NCBI GenBank assembly: GCA_051362555.1
Contig: CM120641.1
Location: 12,648,001 to 12,712,000 of the forward strand
Reading direction: 5' to 3'
Length of the DNA: 64,000 bases
From: Lingula anatina
Lineage: Eukaryota; Animalia; Brachiopoda
Shown: piece after piece, positions 12,301-26,097 of the stretch
How the letters are laid out: each line of letters begins with the position of its first letter
Position numbering within the stretch: position 1 is the first letter of the stretch
The notes under the pieces: model-generated
What the model was told of the DNA's origin: nothing
The model's input: the letters and a program-made list of their open reading frames with translations, nothing else
The model's database searches: none
Made by a program: the position numbers and the translations under genes

Positions 12301-15300
12301 TGTGGCAATTTTGACCATGTATCAGTTTGCACAATGCATAGATTAAAATTTTTTTTCAACAAATTTTTACCATTTGTTATTGAAAATATTTGGTGTAAAT
12401 GTATAATTAGCAAAAATATTGGAACAAAATTTAATTGTGAATTTTTATTTTTAAGTTTAAAGTCTTATGTTTGATAGATTTTCATTTTTCTTTTTAAAAA
12501 AGTATGATACTGCTGCATTTGCTGACAATCTCTTTTCTTATTATTTTTAGAAATAGCAGTAGAATTCACAAAAGAGCTAGAAGATACAACGGTTACTGAA
12601 ATACCTGGCTCTGCAGAATTTGAGTGCGAGCTCAACCAACCAGATGTCCCCATCCAGTGGCTGCAAGGTGACAAACCTCTGAGACCCAGTGACAAACACA
12701 AGATGGTCTCCGAGGGCCCTGTCCATAAGCTGCTGGTCAAGGAGGTGGATGATGAAGATGATGGGGAATACTCTGTGGTAGCCAAAGACAAGAAATCAAC
12801 TGCTAAGTTGTCTGTAGAAGGTAATAAATTGCATTCCAAAAAAAAGGTTAATGCATTGTATGACCAATATTCTGAGTTAAAATTATAAATTTTTCTTGTT
12901 TTGTCATGTGCTAAAAATTAATTTATTATTGGTGAAAGTATGACAATTGTATTGGCACTATGTTCTTCATCATTTTCATTTTCACCTTTTATGAAAATAA
13001 TACGTATTCATTATTGTATTATTTCTTAAGTTCAATCCCAGATGCGTTAGTCTAATCATTTTCTGTTATCTTTGCAGTTCCTCCGCAAGCCTTCCTTGAT
13101 GAGAAGTTCCAAGATGTCTTCACCATCAAGGCAGGTAAATCTGCAATTTTCGAAGTTCCATTCACCGGTGCTCCACAACCCTCTGTTAACTGGACATTCC
13201 AACAGGGGGTGCTTGAACCAGCCAGGATGAAGGTGGAGACCATCCGTAACATGACATGCTTGACGGTCAACAGGGCGATAAGACAAGATGCTGGAAACTA
13301 TGAACTTACCCTGGAGAATCCATTTGGAAAGTCCACTGTCACTATCAGGCTAAATGTACTAGGTAAGTATCAAAAGTTTTTCTTTAAATTACAGGTAAAA
13401 TTTGTTACTGTTTTAAATTTGTATTATTTGCCTGAATTTTATATGCATATAAATGCATGTAGAATAGATATAGGGAATTGAAAACTTTTTATCTATATGA
13501 TATCATTATCCAGACAAACCATCCCCACCACGTGAGCTGACAGTCGCAGATGTCACCAGCAGCTCTGTTACTCTCACCTGGGAAGAACCTGAGGACAATG
13601 GTGGAAGTGACATCACTGGGTACATCATAGAGAAACGTGATGCTAAACGTCAGTCATGGCAAAAGGTCGATGTTGTCAAGAAACGAGAGCTTGAAGTCAC
13701 TAATTTGATCGAGGGTAGTCAACTTTATTTCCGTGTAATGGCACAGAATGACCAAGGTGTCAGTGAGCCAGTGACTCTCAAAGAACCAGTACTAATCAAA
13801 TGCCCATATGGTAAGCTCAAATTTGTATTGACAAAGTTAATCATTATTTCTCTTGTCATAGTTTTACTTGTGGTGTGAAATCAGTACCATTTTATCAAAT
13901 TTATCTGTACATTTGTATGAAGATTTAACAAGCAAACAACTCATTAGCAGGCAATCTTTAATGTGAAGTCTTTTACCAGACACTAATGATGAGCAGTTAA
14001 CAGTTAGATTTCATTAGTGTAGAAAAGTTGTCTTGGTTTCATTCAGTCCCTACCCTAGGGGCAGTTTGGCACAAGGTGTTCAAGGTGTGATAAGCCACTC
14101 ACCTGATTTGCTCTCATCTTAGACTCTACAGGTAAAAAAGGTGTGACAAACCAAGAGACTTAACATGTCGTTATCCTTATTTTCAGACAAGCCAGGTAAA
14201 CCAGGCACTCCTCAATGCACAGACATCACCAAAAATTCAGTGACTCTCAACTGGAGTCCCCCACAGTCTGATGGAGGCAGCCCCATTACCAGCTATGTTG
14301 TGGAATACAAGGGTGCTGGAGTGTTCAAGTGGACCACAGCAAATACAGAACCTGTCCCTGATACTTCATACACAGTGACCAGACTGAGCGAGGGGAAAGA
14401 CTATCAGTTCAGGATCAGTGCAGAGAATAAGGCTGGCATTGGTCCCCCATCTGATGCCACAGATACCATTAATATTAAGGAGCCAGTTGGTAGGTTTAAA
14501 TATTCATTGGGTGTTATTGTGAGAACTTTGACTAGTATTGAAATTGTGTTTTGACGTATTCATGGTCACATCTTAGAATATTGTCCAGCTGATTCTGTAA
14601 ATTACAAGTAAAGTAATTTGCAAACAAGTGAACTGTAAATTTAAAAAACTGTTTGTGAAATTAAATACCTGTCACTTGGGAAAATACCTCTACATGGAGA
14701 TACAATGCTGCTTTTACGTTTTCTGTCAGGTCCAAGGCTATTGAATAGTAGATTTAAGGCTGGACTTATTCTAAAAAAAAGAGCATGGATTTTTCAAAGC
14801 CTGATTTGATTGAATTAACACTATATATATTAAAAGTTGTGTTTCTTCCAGTTGGCACACCTCCAGTCCTGGTGGAGGGTATGCATGACGTGACTGCAGT
14901 GGTACCTGAGGAAGCTCTACTAGAGGCAGATATTGCCCCTGGTGAACCTGAAGCTGAGATTAGATGGTTAGTATGGACTTACTGCAGTTACTAACTTCAG
15001 AGTAAGGTCTTCAACTTAGGAGAGATGTAATGACAGAGTACTATGCTATTTAACCCTATTACTTAAAACTTTACCCCTATAACTAAGATTGGATTAAAAT
15101 ATTTTTGAAGTAAATGGTTTTATTGAATATCAAGGGTTTTTTGTTTATGAATTGTCAGGATAAAAGGTTTTTTATTGATGAATATATTTTTCTTTTTTAA
15201 AATCAAATGTAAAAAATACTTATCTAATTTTTCATGATATTGTTTCAGGTTCAAAGATGGCAAGCAGATTGCTCCCAGCAAGAAATATGAGATGAACTAT

Positions 15301-15483
15301 GTGGATGAAGTGGCTGAGCTAGTCATTAAGGAGACCAGTACTGGAGATGCTGGAAAGTACAGATGTGAAGCAAGCAATGCCATTGGAAAGGTGGACACTG
15401 AAGCCTCTCTGACCGTACATGGTAGGTTTGCTTTCTCATGACTCATAAATTTATCTTTCAACCACAGGCATTGTCTCATTGTA

Positions 15484-15546
<63 letters not shown>

Positions 15547-18500
15547 CACACCTACTAGTGTGTTTATTGTGATCACTGAGTTTCCATAGTACTAAGATGA
15601 ACAAATCTTACATGGTTCATGAAAGTTGTGTGTTGTTTGTTCTATTATGAATTAGAAATAAGAATTTTGTATACATGACCTCTTTTTATTCATTCATTTA
15701 TTCAAATATTTTGTCTGTCTCCTTTTTTCTTTGGCTCACTGTAATAGTTTGCCTGTTGATTAATAGTGCAATATGACTTAAAACCTAAGTCTTGGTGTTT
15801 TTCATTATTCAGTGGCCCCTCACATCACCTATGACAACAAGTACCAAGGGCCTCAGACCCTGAAATCTGGATCCACACTCAGCCTGAAGGTGGAAGTGAG
15901 TGGCACCCCCACCCCTACTATCTCTTGGCTTCTGGATGGGGAGCCCATGGAGAAAGCAGCAGCTGTTGCCATAGAAACTACTGATACCACATCTGGCCTC
16001 CGTGTGAAAAATGTTGTTGCAGATGATTCTGGGAAGTACAGGGTGGTCGCAGAGAATGTTGTTGGTCAAGCAACTGCTGACTTTGAAGTAATCATTCAAG
16101 GTAAGTTTAAACAGTTTCAAATTTAAATAATGTAACCTTCGTTTTTATCAGCGTAGGAGTCATTCTGTCTCTCTGTTTGAAATATCATTTTTTAAACATT
16201 GGAAAATGTGTTGGTAATAGTCATTTATGGACTTTAGGCAAACCATCCCCACCGAAAAACCTTGAAGTGACAGATTACAATAAAGACTCCATCACAGTGA
16301 ACTGGCAACCCCCAGAGAATGATGGTGGTTCACCTATCAAAACCTACATCATTGAAAGAAAAGAAACCAGGAAGACTTCATGGACAAATGCTGGAAAGGT
16401 TGATGGAAATACCTTGACCTTCACCCTTACGAGGTTACTTGAAGGTCAGGAGTACACTGTACGAGTTTCAGCAGAGAATGCAATTGGTGTCAGTGAACCT
16501 GTAGAGTTAACACAACCTGTTACAGCTAAACTGCCTTATGGTGAGTAATTGTTACATTATGTTATAAATAATGAAAATATAGTCAATGAAGAGACAATAA
16601 TGAATTCTATATAAAATTGCTATGAAAAATATAAAGTCTGGTATCCTTACTTTGATACTAAGTGCGTCTTTATGTTAGTAAGTATATGTGTATTAGGAGG
16701 TAAGACATTTAAGTTATTAAACAAAAAGTCTTGATTTATCAGTAGCTCTAATACATTCACTATGTCATTTAGATGTCCCTGGCACTCCTACAAATCTCCA
16801 GGCAATGGAGGTAGACAAGAACCTGATTGCCCTCCAGTGGCAGGCTCCAGAGTCAGACGGTGGCTCACCCATAACTAGCTATGTCATTGAGCGCCAAATG
16901 GGCACCAGGACGACCTGGACCAAGGTTAACAAAGAGAACACCCTGGAGACCACATTCAAAGTTCATGACGTCATAGAGGGCACTGAGTATAATTTCAGGG
17001 TGTCTGCTGAGAACAAAGCTGGAGTAGGGAAGCCATCCAACACCACTGGCAAAATCAAGGCAGTGACACCAAAAGGTAAGGATTAATGCATTAAATTTTT
17101 AAGTGTTTGTGACTTCACCTATTGTCATTTTGAACATTTTCATTATCAGTCTAATAATACACTTCTGTTTACAGAGCCTGACAGCATAGTAGTGCAAATT
17201 TCTATTTTATAGAAACTTATTTATTCATATGGAGCTGAGACCAAGTAACTTTGAATCACTGCTTATGCAAAGTTCCTTTATAATGTTACTTCATGCTCTT
17301 CGCCAGCTTAATTGACTTGTGTTAAAGAAATATTATATACAGACATGTATGCTAGATATTTTGTTTCTTTCAGTTGCTGTTGAGTTTACAACTCCACTGT
17401 CAGAAGTCACAGTCAAGTCAGGAGAGACAGCCACCTTACAGTGTGAGGTCAACAAACCAAATATGGATGCCAAGTGGCTCAAAGATGGCAGGCCAATCAA
17501 AAGTGGTGGCAGGTTTAAAATCATTGTAGATGGCACAGTACACAGTCTGGTGATTGCTAGTGCAGAACAGGCAGATGAAGCACAGTATTCTGTGAAGATT
17601 GACGACAAAACATCAGCTGCTCTGCTTTCAGTTGAAGGTTTGAGAAACATTCTTCAAACTTTATTATAAAAATAAATGTCTTAATGATTAAGCACTTATT
17701 TGTAATGCTCTATAAAGAAAATAAATAAATCTGATATTTAAGAGTGTTCATTTATAAATTGTATGAAGAAGTATATGACAAATCGATGTCTTTCATAGTC
17801 ATTATCCGGATCAAAGTAGCAGTGTTTTTATTTGTATTATTCATTTACAGAAGAGAAGATAGATTTCATCAGAACCCTTGAGGATGTGACAGTAAAAGAG
17901 ATCCCAGGAACTGCTGTCTTTGAATGTGAACTGACTACCTCCACCCAAGTACAGTGGATGCATGATAACAAACCCATCACACCATCAAAGAAGTACAGCA
18001 TAAGTGTAGATGGCACCACTGTCCACAAATTGACCATTAATGAAGCAGATGATGAGGATGAGGGAGAGTATAGCATTGCAATCAAGGGCAAGAAATCAAC
18101 TGCTAACTTACACGTGCAAGGTGTGTATAGTTGAAACACACACTATAACTGAGATTAAATCATATTTTTTTAATAACTGTTTACGTCAGTTGCTACATGC
18201 ACTTAATATAAAACTATTTTAATAATTGTTAGCTAAGTGGCTAAAATGATACCACCATCATCATCATCATCATCATCATCATTATTATTATTATTATTAT
18301 TTACATTTTCTCCAGCTCCCCCACTGATCAGGGTGGATAAATCACTTGAAGAGACAGTGACACTAAAGGCAGGGTCATCTAAAGTATTTGAGATCCCATT
18401 CACTGGCCATCCCCAGCCAAAGGTCAGCTGGGCATTCAATGATGGACCCTTGCCTGATGAGAAAAGGTTCAAAGTGGAGACAATCCGCAACATGACTTGC

Positions 18501-21500
18501 CTAAGAGTGACGAAGATCCAGAGGAAGGAGACAGGCAGATACGCTGTCACCTTGGACAACCCCAGTGGAAAGACTGACATCACCATCAATGTGAATGTAC
18601 TAGGTGAGGAGGTGCTGAGTGGAATCAATACCATTTTTAAGGGCTTTATTTGATATCATGGAAGATATGATAAGTGATGTCTTTGATGAGGAAAAAAATA
18701 TTGGCCGAATTTCTACTTTTAAAAGTTAATATGAGGGTTGAAATTTTTTACTCACAGGATTTTATGTATGTGTATTTGCATATATATTTAAATTTATAAT
18801 TTGAAGATTTATAAAATATACATGTATATTAGATATTTCGTTCAGTTAATTAAAAGTAAAGTAACAACCTTCTTCTGATGTTTCAGACAAACCCTCACCT
18901 CCCAGGGACCTCATAGCAGCAGAGGTGTCCAGTCAAGAGGTCACTCTGAAGTGGACAGAACCAGAGGACAATGGAGGATGTGATATCACAAGCTACCTCA
19001 TGGAGATGAAGGAAGTGACCATGAGGGCATGGAAAGATGCTGGGCAGACTCCAGACCTGGAGCTCACTGTCCCTAGGCTGAAGAAAGACACCAAGTACAC
19101 TTTCCAAGTCCGTGCTAAGAATGAATGTGGTGTCAGTGAACCTGTTGAAATCAAACAACCTGTGCTGGCCAAGGATCTGTTTGGTATGGAATGTTTGATA
19201 TTATACTTATCGATTTTATTTCATTTGAGATAATGGACAAGAGGCAATTTGATTTATATTCACTTCATTGCACTGTTTTTATTCTGCTAAAGTGAATATT
19301 GTAATTTTTCATAGGAGAAGCTATATTAGAATTGTCTTCCTGGAATATGACATTTTCAATTTCCACTGTAATTTTTGGTGAAAGTATGACATTTAATGAA
19401 CTCTCTGACACTTAATTCTTTCAGTAAAACCAGGCAAACCTGGCAAGCCAGAGGTTAGCGACATCACAAAATCTTCTGTGACCTTGACCTGGACTGAGCC
19501 TGAGGATGATGGTGGTGCACCAATCAGCAACTATGTCATTGAATACAAAATGAAGAGTAGTGTCAGGTGGACCAAAGTACCAGAAAAGGTGTCAGATACC
19601 ACTCACACAGTAACAGGGCTCAAGGAAGACTCAGAATATGAATTCCGTGTCTCTGCTGAAAACAAAGCTGGTGTTGGAGAGCCATCACCAGTGTCTGAAC
19701 CTGTCATCGTCAAGGAACCTGTTGGTGGGTTTTTGGTTAATAATGCTGAGTTGGTAGTTTATCAGATACATTGCTTGGGAATAGTTTTCCTGACAGTGCT
19801 ACATGTTAAAGTTCAATTAAATTATTTCTAGGATACAGTTATAGGATGACATCTCACTTGTATAACAAAATAAAAAGTAAGTTAAGAAAATGATCATATT
19901 GTCAGTTAGATTGTTCATGGTTGTAAGGAATTGTATTTACTGATGTTTAAGTGATATTGATCACTTGGAAACATGAACAATAGTGAATCAGCTGCTTCAC
20001 TACCATTTTTGTCCCAGAGTAAGTCTTTAATATCACTAAAACATTAGTAAAGATTATTATGGAGAATTGTCATGGGTATATTTCTTCTGAGATGTATATT
20101 TGGTAAATGATCTGATATTGTGACTGTTTTCTAGTTGGCACAGCTCCAGAACTTCTCAGCCCAATGTCTGATGTGACAGCAGTGATGCCTGAAAAGGCTG
20201 CTCTGTCATGTGACATTTCACTTGGAGAACCAGAGGCTGAAATTACATGGTAAGTAACCCAAACAGTACAGTGAACCTGCAATAGTTTATATAATCAACT
20301 TTTAACCTTCTCAGCTTTGATTGACATGGAAATCACATCATTACTTTCCAATTGTAATGGAGATTTTAATAACATATTCATTAAATTTAAAAATATCTCC
20401 AAGATGTACTTAAAAACTTTTTAAAAGCACTGCAGTAACTTAACATGTATTTTGGTAAAAAAATTTAAAGTAGAACTTTTTATACTGTAGGTTTAAGGAC
20501 AACAAAGAGATCAAATCAGGGAAGAAGTATGAAATCAGCTATGCTGAGGAAGTGGCTGCACTGGTCATCCTGGAGACAGACCTCAAGGACAGTGGGCAGT
20601 ACAGGTGTGAGGTAGCCAATAAGATAGGGAAAGTGACCACACAGGCTAAATTGACAGTACAAGGTAAGGTGTAGTATTTATTGTAATTGGAAATTTTGAC
20701 ACTCAAGCTAAACTGGCTGATCACAATTATAAGATAGGAATGTTTGTCTCTTTTTTTGGTAAATTTTTATGCTTTTTAATAGTCAACAAGTATATTTACA
20801 ACATTTAAGTATCTTTTTCTGTAACTTATTGTAAGGTAGTAGTGTTTTCTGTGTATGCTTATTTTTTCAGTCAAAATGTACACAATCTATTCCATTTTTC
20901 CTCCTGTTTTGTTGGCATTTATTATTCAATTCTTAAGGAATTCAAGCAAAACTTCAAACTTTTTACACAGCTAAACCAGAGTTGAAGTATGACAAATCAC
21001 AACTGTCTAAGAGTCTACAAGAAGGGGAGACCCTCACTTTGAGAGTGGAGTTCTCTGGAGAACCCAAACCCCAGATTTCTTGGTTATTAGATGGTGAACC
21101 AGCAGACAATGTGACAGTCAAAACCACAGATACTATGTCCACTGTAACAGTGAAGAAGGTCAAGGCTGAAGATGCTGGTCAGTACACTGTTGTGGCAGAG
21201 AACCCCGCAGGAAAAGAAGAGGTTAACTTTGAAGTCAATATTTCAGGTAATTTTGATTATTTGTTTTATAGTCTCTAGAATCTTGGGTATTTATTGTTTC
21301 CTTTTTTAAAAGAAAGAAACAGTTAAAGAAATTAGCATGTTCCCATGTAAGTGCCAAATAATTTCACCTCATTTTATTATTGCTAAGGAATGGCCAAAAG
21401 ATTAAGACTCATGTTTGTGTAGTACTGTTGTCAAAAAAATAGTAATTGTTGACACTTTTATTTCTTATATTCCTTAAACTTGGTTGAATATGTAGTTTGT

Positions 21501-24500
21501 AATATTAGATTGCTACAAACACTTTCCATTTCAGGCAAACCCTCTAAACCCAAAGACTTAGAGGTAACAAGTTATAACAAGGATAGCATCTCAGTTGCCT
21601 GGCAACCACCAACTGATGATGGAGGCTCCCCTATAACAAACTACATCATTGAGCGCAGGGATGCCAACCGAGCTACATGGACCAATGCTGGTACTGTAGA
21701 TGGCAGCACCTGTAGTTTTACAGTTGGAAAACTGGTGGAGGGTAATCAGTACTATGTTAGAGTATCAGCCAAGAACAAAATTGGCACTGGAGAGCCTGTG
21801 GAGCTCATGGAACCAGTGACTGCCAAATTACCATTTGGTAAGATGTTTTATTTTATATTTTTATTTTTATATTTAAATTCACATAATGCTATGCTATATG
21901 TTTGCTAAATCTTTTTACCTTTTCTGTTGATTTCTTACAAGATGATTTTTGTGATTTACAGATGTACCAGATGCACCTACTGACCTTACTGCCAAAGATA
22001 TCAGCACGAAGGAACTCACTCTCGAGTGGAAAGCACCAGAAAAAGATGGTGGTTCACCCATCACTGGATACATCATAGAGTGCAGGCAGGCTCGAAGTTC
22101 TCGTTGGGTTAAAGTGAACAAAATGCCAGTCACAAGGACAACATACAAGGTGACAGATCTGATTGAGAACAATGAGTACGAGTACCGTGTCTGTGCAGAA
22201 AATGCAGCAGGTCTTAGCAAACCATCTGAAACTACAGGCAACATTGTTGCCAAGGTGCCATTTGGTAAGAATAACTACACTTCCTATTTCAATAAGATAT
22301 TATATCTGTAACTTATGTGACCTGTTTCTTTATCATCAGATGGTTTATTGACAGGATTACTTGTATTATCTTACAATGCTGGTAGGAATTTTTGTCACTC
22401 ACATAATTGTGGCATTTAAAACTAAACAGAACAGAGGCAAAATGCTATTTAACTTTTTAAATATGATATTTAAAAAAGAAATTAAAATAGATTTAAAATA
22501 TGTTAAACACCATTTTTTGCAGTTCCAATTAAATTTGTCACACCTCTCACTGGACAGTCAGTGAAAGAGGGCGAAACTGTCACCATGGAATGTGAGATCA
22601 ATAAACCCAACCAGAAACCACAGTGGCTTAAGAATGACACACCTATCACCCCAAGTGACCGCTACACCATGAAATCTGATGGAAATAAACACAAACTGAC
22701 CATCACTGATGTCCAGCCTGATGATGCTGGTAACTTTACTATTAAAGTGGAGGACCAGACATCTGATGCTACTCTCGAGGTTGAGGGTATGTACTGCAAG
22801 TAGACTAAAAAACGATAATATCAGTATTCTTTTAATATTAATGTCTCACAAATAGTTTTGATTTTCCTTGTATTAATTTTCTTTGTCAAATTAATGCAAA
22901 CTTGCTTAAATAAATGACTTAGGCATATCTTAGATAGATGTGGTTTAAATACAACTCTAGTAGGACTCTACATATGTTGAAACTATTGATAAATCTGTGC
23001 ATTTTCTTCTGTCTTTCTAGCTGAGGACTTTGAATTTGTGGTGCCCCTGAAGGACATAACTGTCAAAGAGATCCCAGGAGTTGCAGTGTTTGAATGTGAA
23101 ATCTCCAGACCTGTGGACATAGCATGGCTAAGAGGAGGGAAGATTGTCACCCCATCTGAGAAATATAAGATTGAGAAGGATGGTAAGAGAGTTAAGCATA
23201 CTCTCACCATCAAAGATGTGGATGGAGAGGATGAGGGAGAGTATGCTCTGTCTGCAAGAGGAAGACAGTCAAAAGCGACCCTTACAGTGGCAGGTAGGTC
23301 GTGTTTTACTACTCATATTTTATTTTTGAATCTTTGTGTGTCTGATAATAATACAGTAAGTATTGTCTTGGTTCTATGAGTATTAATATTTCCCAATTTC
23401 AGAATGCTTAAATGTATAGTATATCCATATCATTTGACAGATTGAACTTTCGATTTCCAGTCCATGTCTTTGTGTGTATTTTGTGTGCACAGTACAGGAT
23501 GTAACTAAACATTTATGGCACAACATATTCATTTAGTTATTTTCAGCTAGTTACTAATTAACCATACAGTCATTTCAGCACTTTCATTCAGTATGTCCAG
23601 TGCACTGTTGTTAGTACACTATTATGTGTATCTTGCACTTTCACACTTTTCAAATGGTCACACCTAATACATTATCACATTTACAGAGCTGGCACATCAA
23701 GCTCATGATCAAGTAGTTGCCCATTTGTAGAAAGTTAATTATCACACCTATCATATTATCACACCAAGAACATTGTCACCACCTATCACACTATCACACC
23801 AAGAACATTGTCACCACATACCACATAATTATATAAAGGGCACTGTCACCCACCACCTATCATGTTATCACACAAGTGTACTTCACACCTTACACAATTA
23901 AAACACTGTCCTTAATCTCCATCCCTCCCCCTCCTTCCAGCTCAACCTGTTATCCTGTCTGAGGAGTCCTATGAGGAGGCAATCACCCTGAAAACAGGAG
24001 CCTCTGCAGTGTTTGAGATCCCCTTCTCTGGCAACCCTCAACCCACAGTTACCTGGACTTTCAATGGTGCCTCACTAACTAAGCCAGCCAAGGAGGAAAC
24101 CATCAGGAATATGACAGCACTCACCCTGACCAAGGTGAAAAGATCAGACTCTGGGGAGTACATGCTGAAGTTGGAAAATGCCAGTGGGAAAGCAAGCATA
24201 ACTATCAAGGTGGTGGTGTTAGGTAAGTAGCATGTTTACAACATCAAAATGTTATTATGATTAATATTAATTTGCTTGTTTGGGCAATTTTGTTTTTATG
24301 TATTGAGTGATCTGAATGGTTGAGGGATTTGTTTGCAGCAGTTATATTCAAATAAATATCTGGTGTTAGTACTTTTGATTACATAGAAGACATTTGCAGT
24401 AGTATAACTCGTATATCATGGTAAAATTTAGTATTTTCATGAAATGACTCTTGTGACATTATATAAGCTCAGTCCCACCCAACACAACCAGCTCTGTGTT

Positions 24501-26012
24501 TAACCAAAAATTCTTCAATATTTTCAGACAAACCAGGTCCTATCCATGACCTGACTTCTCCAGAGGCCACATCAAATTCCATCTCCTTGAAATGGGCTGA
24601 GCCTGAAGACGATGGAGGAAGCAACATCATCAGATACATCATTGAAAAACGTGAACAAACTCGTAGAACATGGCAGCCAGCTGGATCCTCAACAGAGACC
24701 GAGTTCACTGTCACTAATCTGGTTGAGAACAACAAATATGTCTTCAAGGTCAGTGCGGAAAATGCACAAGGGACTGGACCAGCAGTTGAAATAGCACAGG
24801 CTGTATTAGCAAAGAGTTCTTTCGGTGAGTTATTTGTCAAAGTGCACAAGATTGATAGATTAATTTGAAAGTATACAACTGAATCTGAATAATAGTTTTA
24901 CTTACAATGCAATGACTTATGATGCAAGATTAATTTGAAAGTATATAACTGAATCTGAATAATATTTTTACTCACGATGCAGTGGCTTATGATGCAACTT
25001 AGAAAAATTAAAGCTGATTTTAAATATGTTTTATATGTTGTCCCATTACATTTTGAGGAAATTTTTTCTTTGTCAACTTTAAATTATTTCATTAACATCT
25101 CAATATCAAAAAAGGAATGAAATTTTTGTCTTTGCTGTCTAGTTGTCCCTAGTGCGCCAGCAGCTCCAACCATCTCAGACATCTTTAAAGATTCAGCAGT
25201 TGTCTCATGGCAACCACCTAGCAAAGATGGTGGCTCTCCAGTCATTGGTTATCTCCTTGAACGCTGTGCCGCACCAGGTGTCAGGTGGATTAGAGTAGTC
25301 CATGATGCCATTGAGGAGACAACTTTCAAGGCCACAGACCTGATGGAGGGCAGTGAATACCAGTACCGAGTCATAGCAGTCAACAAAGCAGGAGAGAGCA
25401 AGCCAAGCGAGGGGTCTTCACCTTTCAAAGCCAAGGACCCATGGGACAAACCAGGTAAACCTGGCTCCCCAGAGGTTGAAGAAATCACATCTTCAACTGT
25501 CACCCTGTCATGGTCACCACCAAGCAATGATGGCGGCAGCCCAATCCTGAACTACATTGTTGAATACAAAGCCACCGAGGCTTTCCGTTGGCTGAAAGCC
25601 ACAGAGGAGACCGTGGCAGAAACCAAATTGGTTGTGGAGAAGCTGAGAGATGGAGATAGCTATGAGTTTAGAGTTAGTGCTGAGAACAAAGCAGGGACAG
25701 GACCACCATCTGAAGTGTCCCATGCTGTGACTGTCCGAGAGCCTATCAGTGAGTACTGTTTTGTTTGATGGATTTTTGTTAAAATGGTACATTTGCTATA
25801 CAAACATACTAAAATTAATAAAACACATAAGTATAACAAAACAGCCTAATGCATTTTTGTAAATATGTCATGTATCAGGAATTCAAAATTAATTGACAAT
25901 AAATATTTCACTTCAAGGGCTGATTTCACCTGTCACTTTTCATCTTGACTTGTAAATAAAACTATAAAACTAATGTAATTGGATTTAATTTTTTTACCAT
26001 ATGCTATTCCAC

Positions 26013-26097
<85 letters not shown>

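Noticed and set aside
15297-18634. RERE and poly-N/D or poly-S/L ORFs
   Set aside because: Translations of (CT)n and (TCA)n(TTA)n microsatellites
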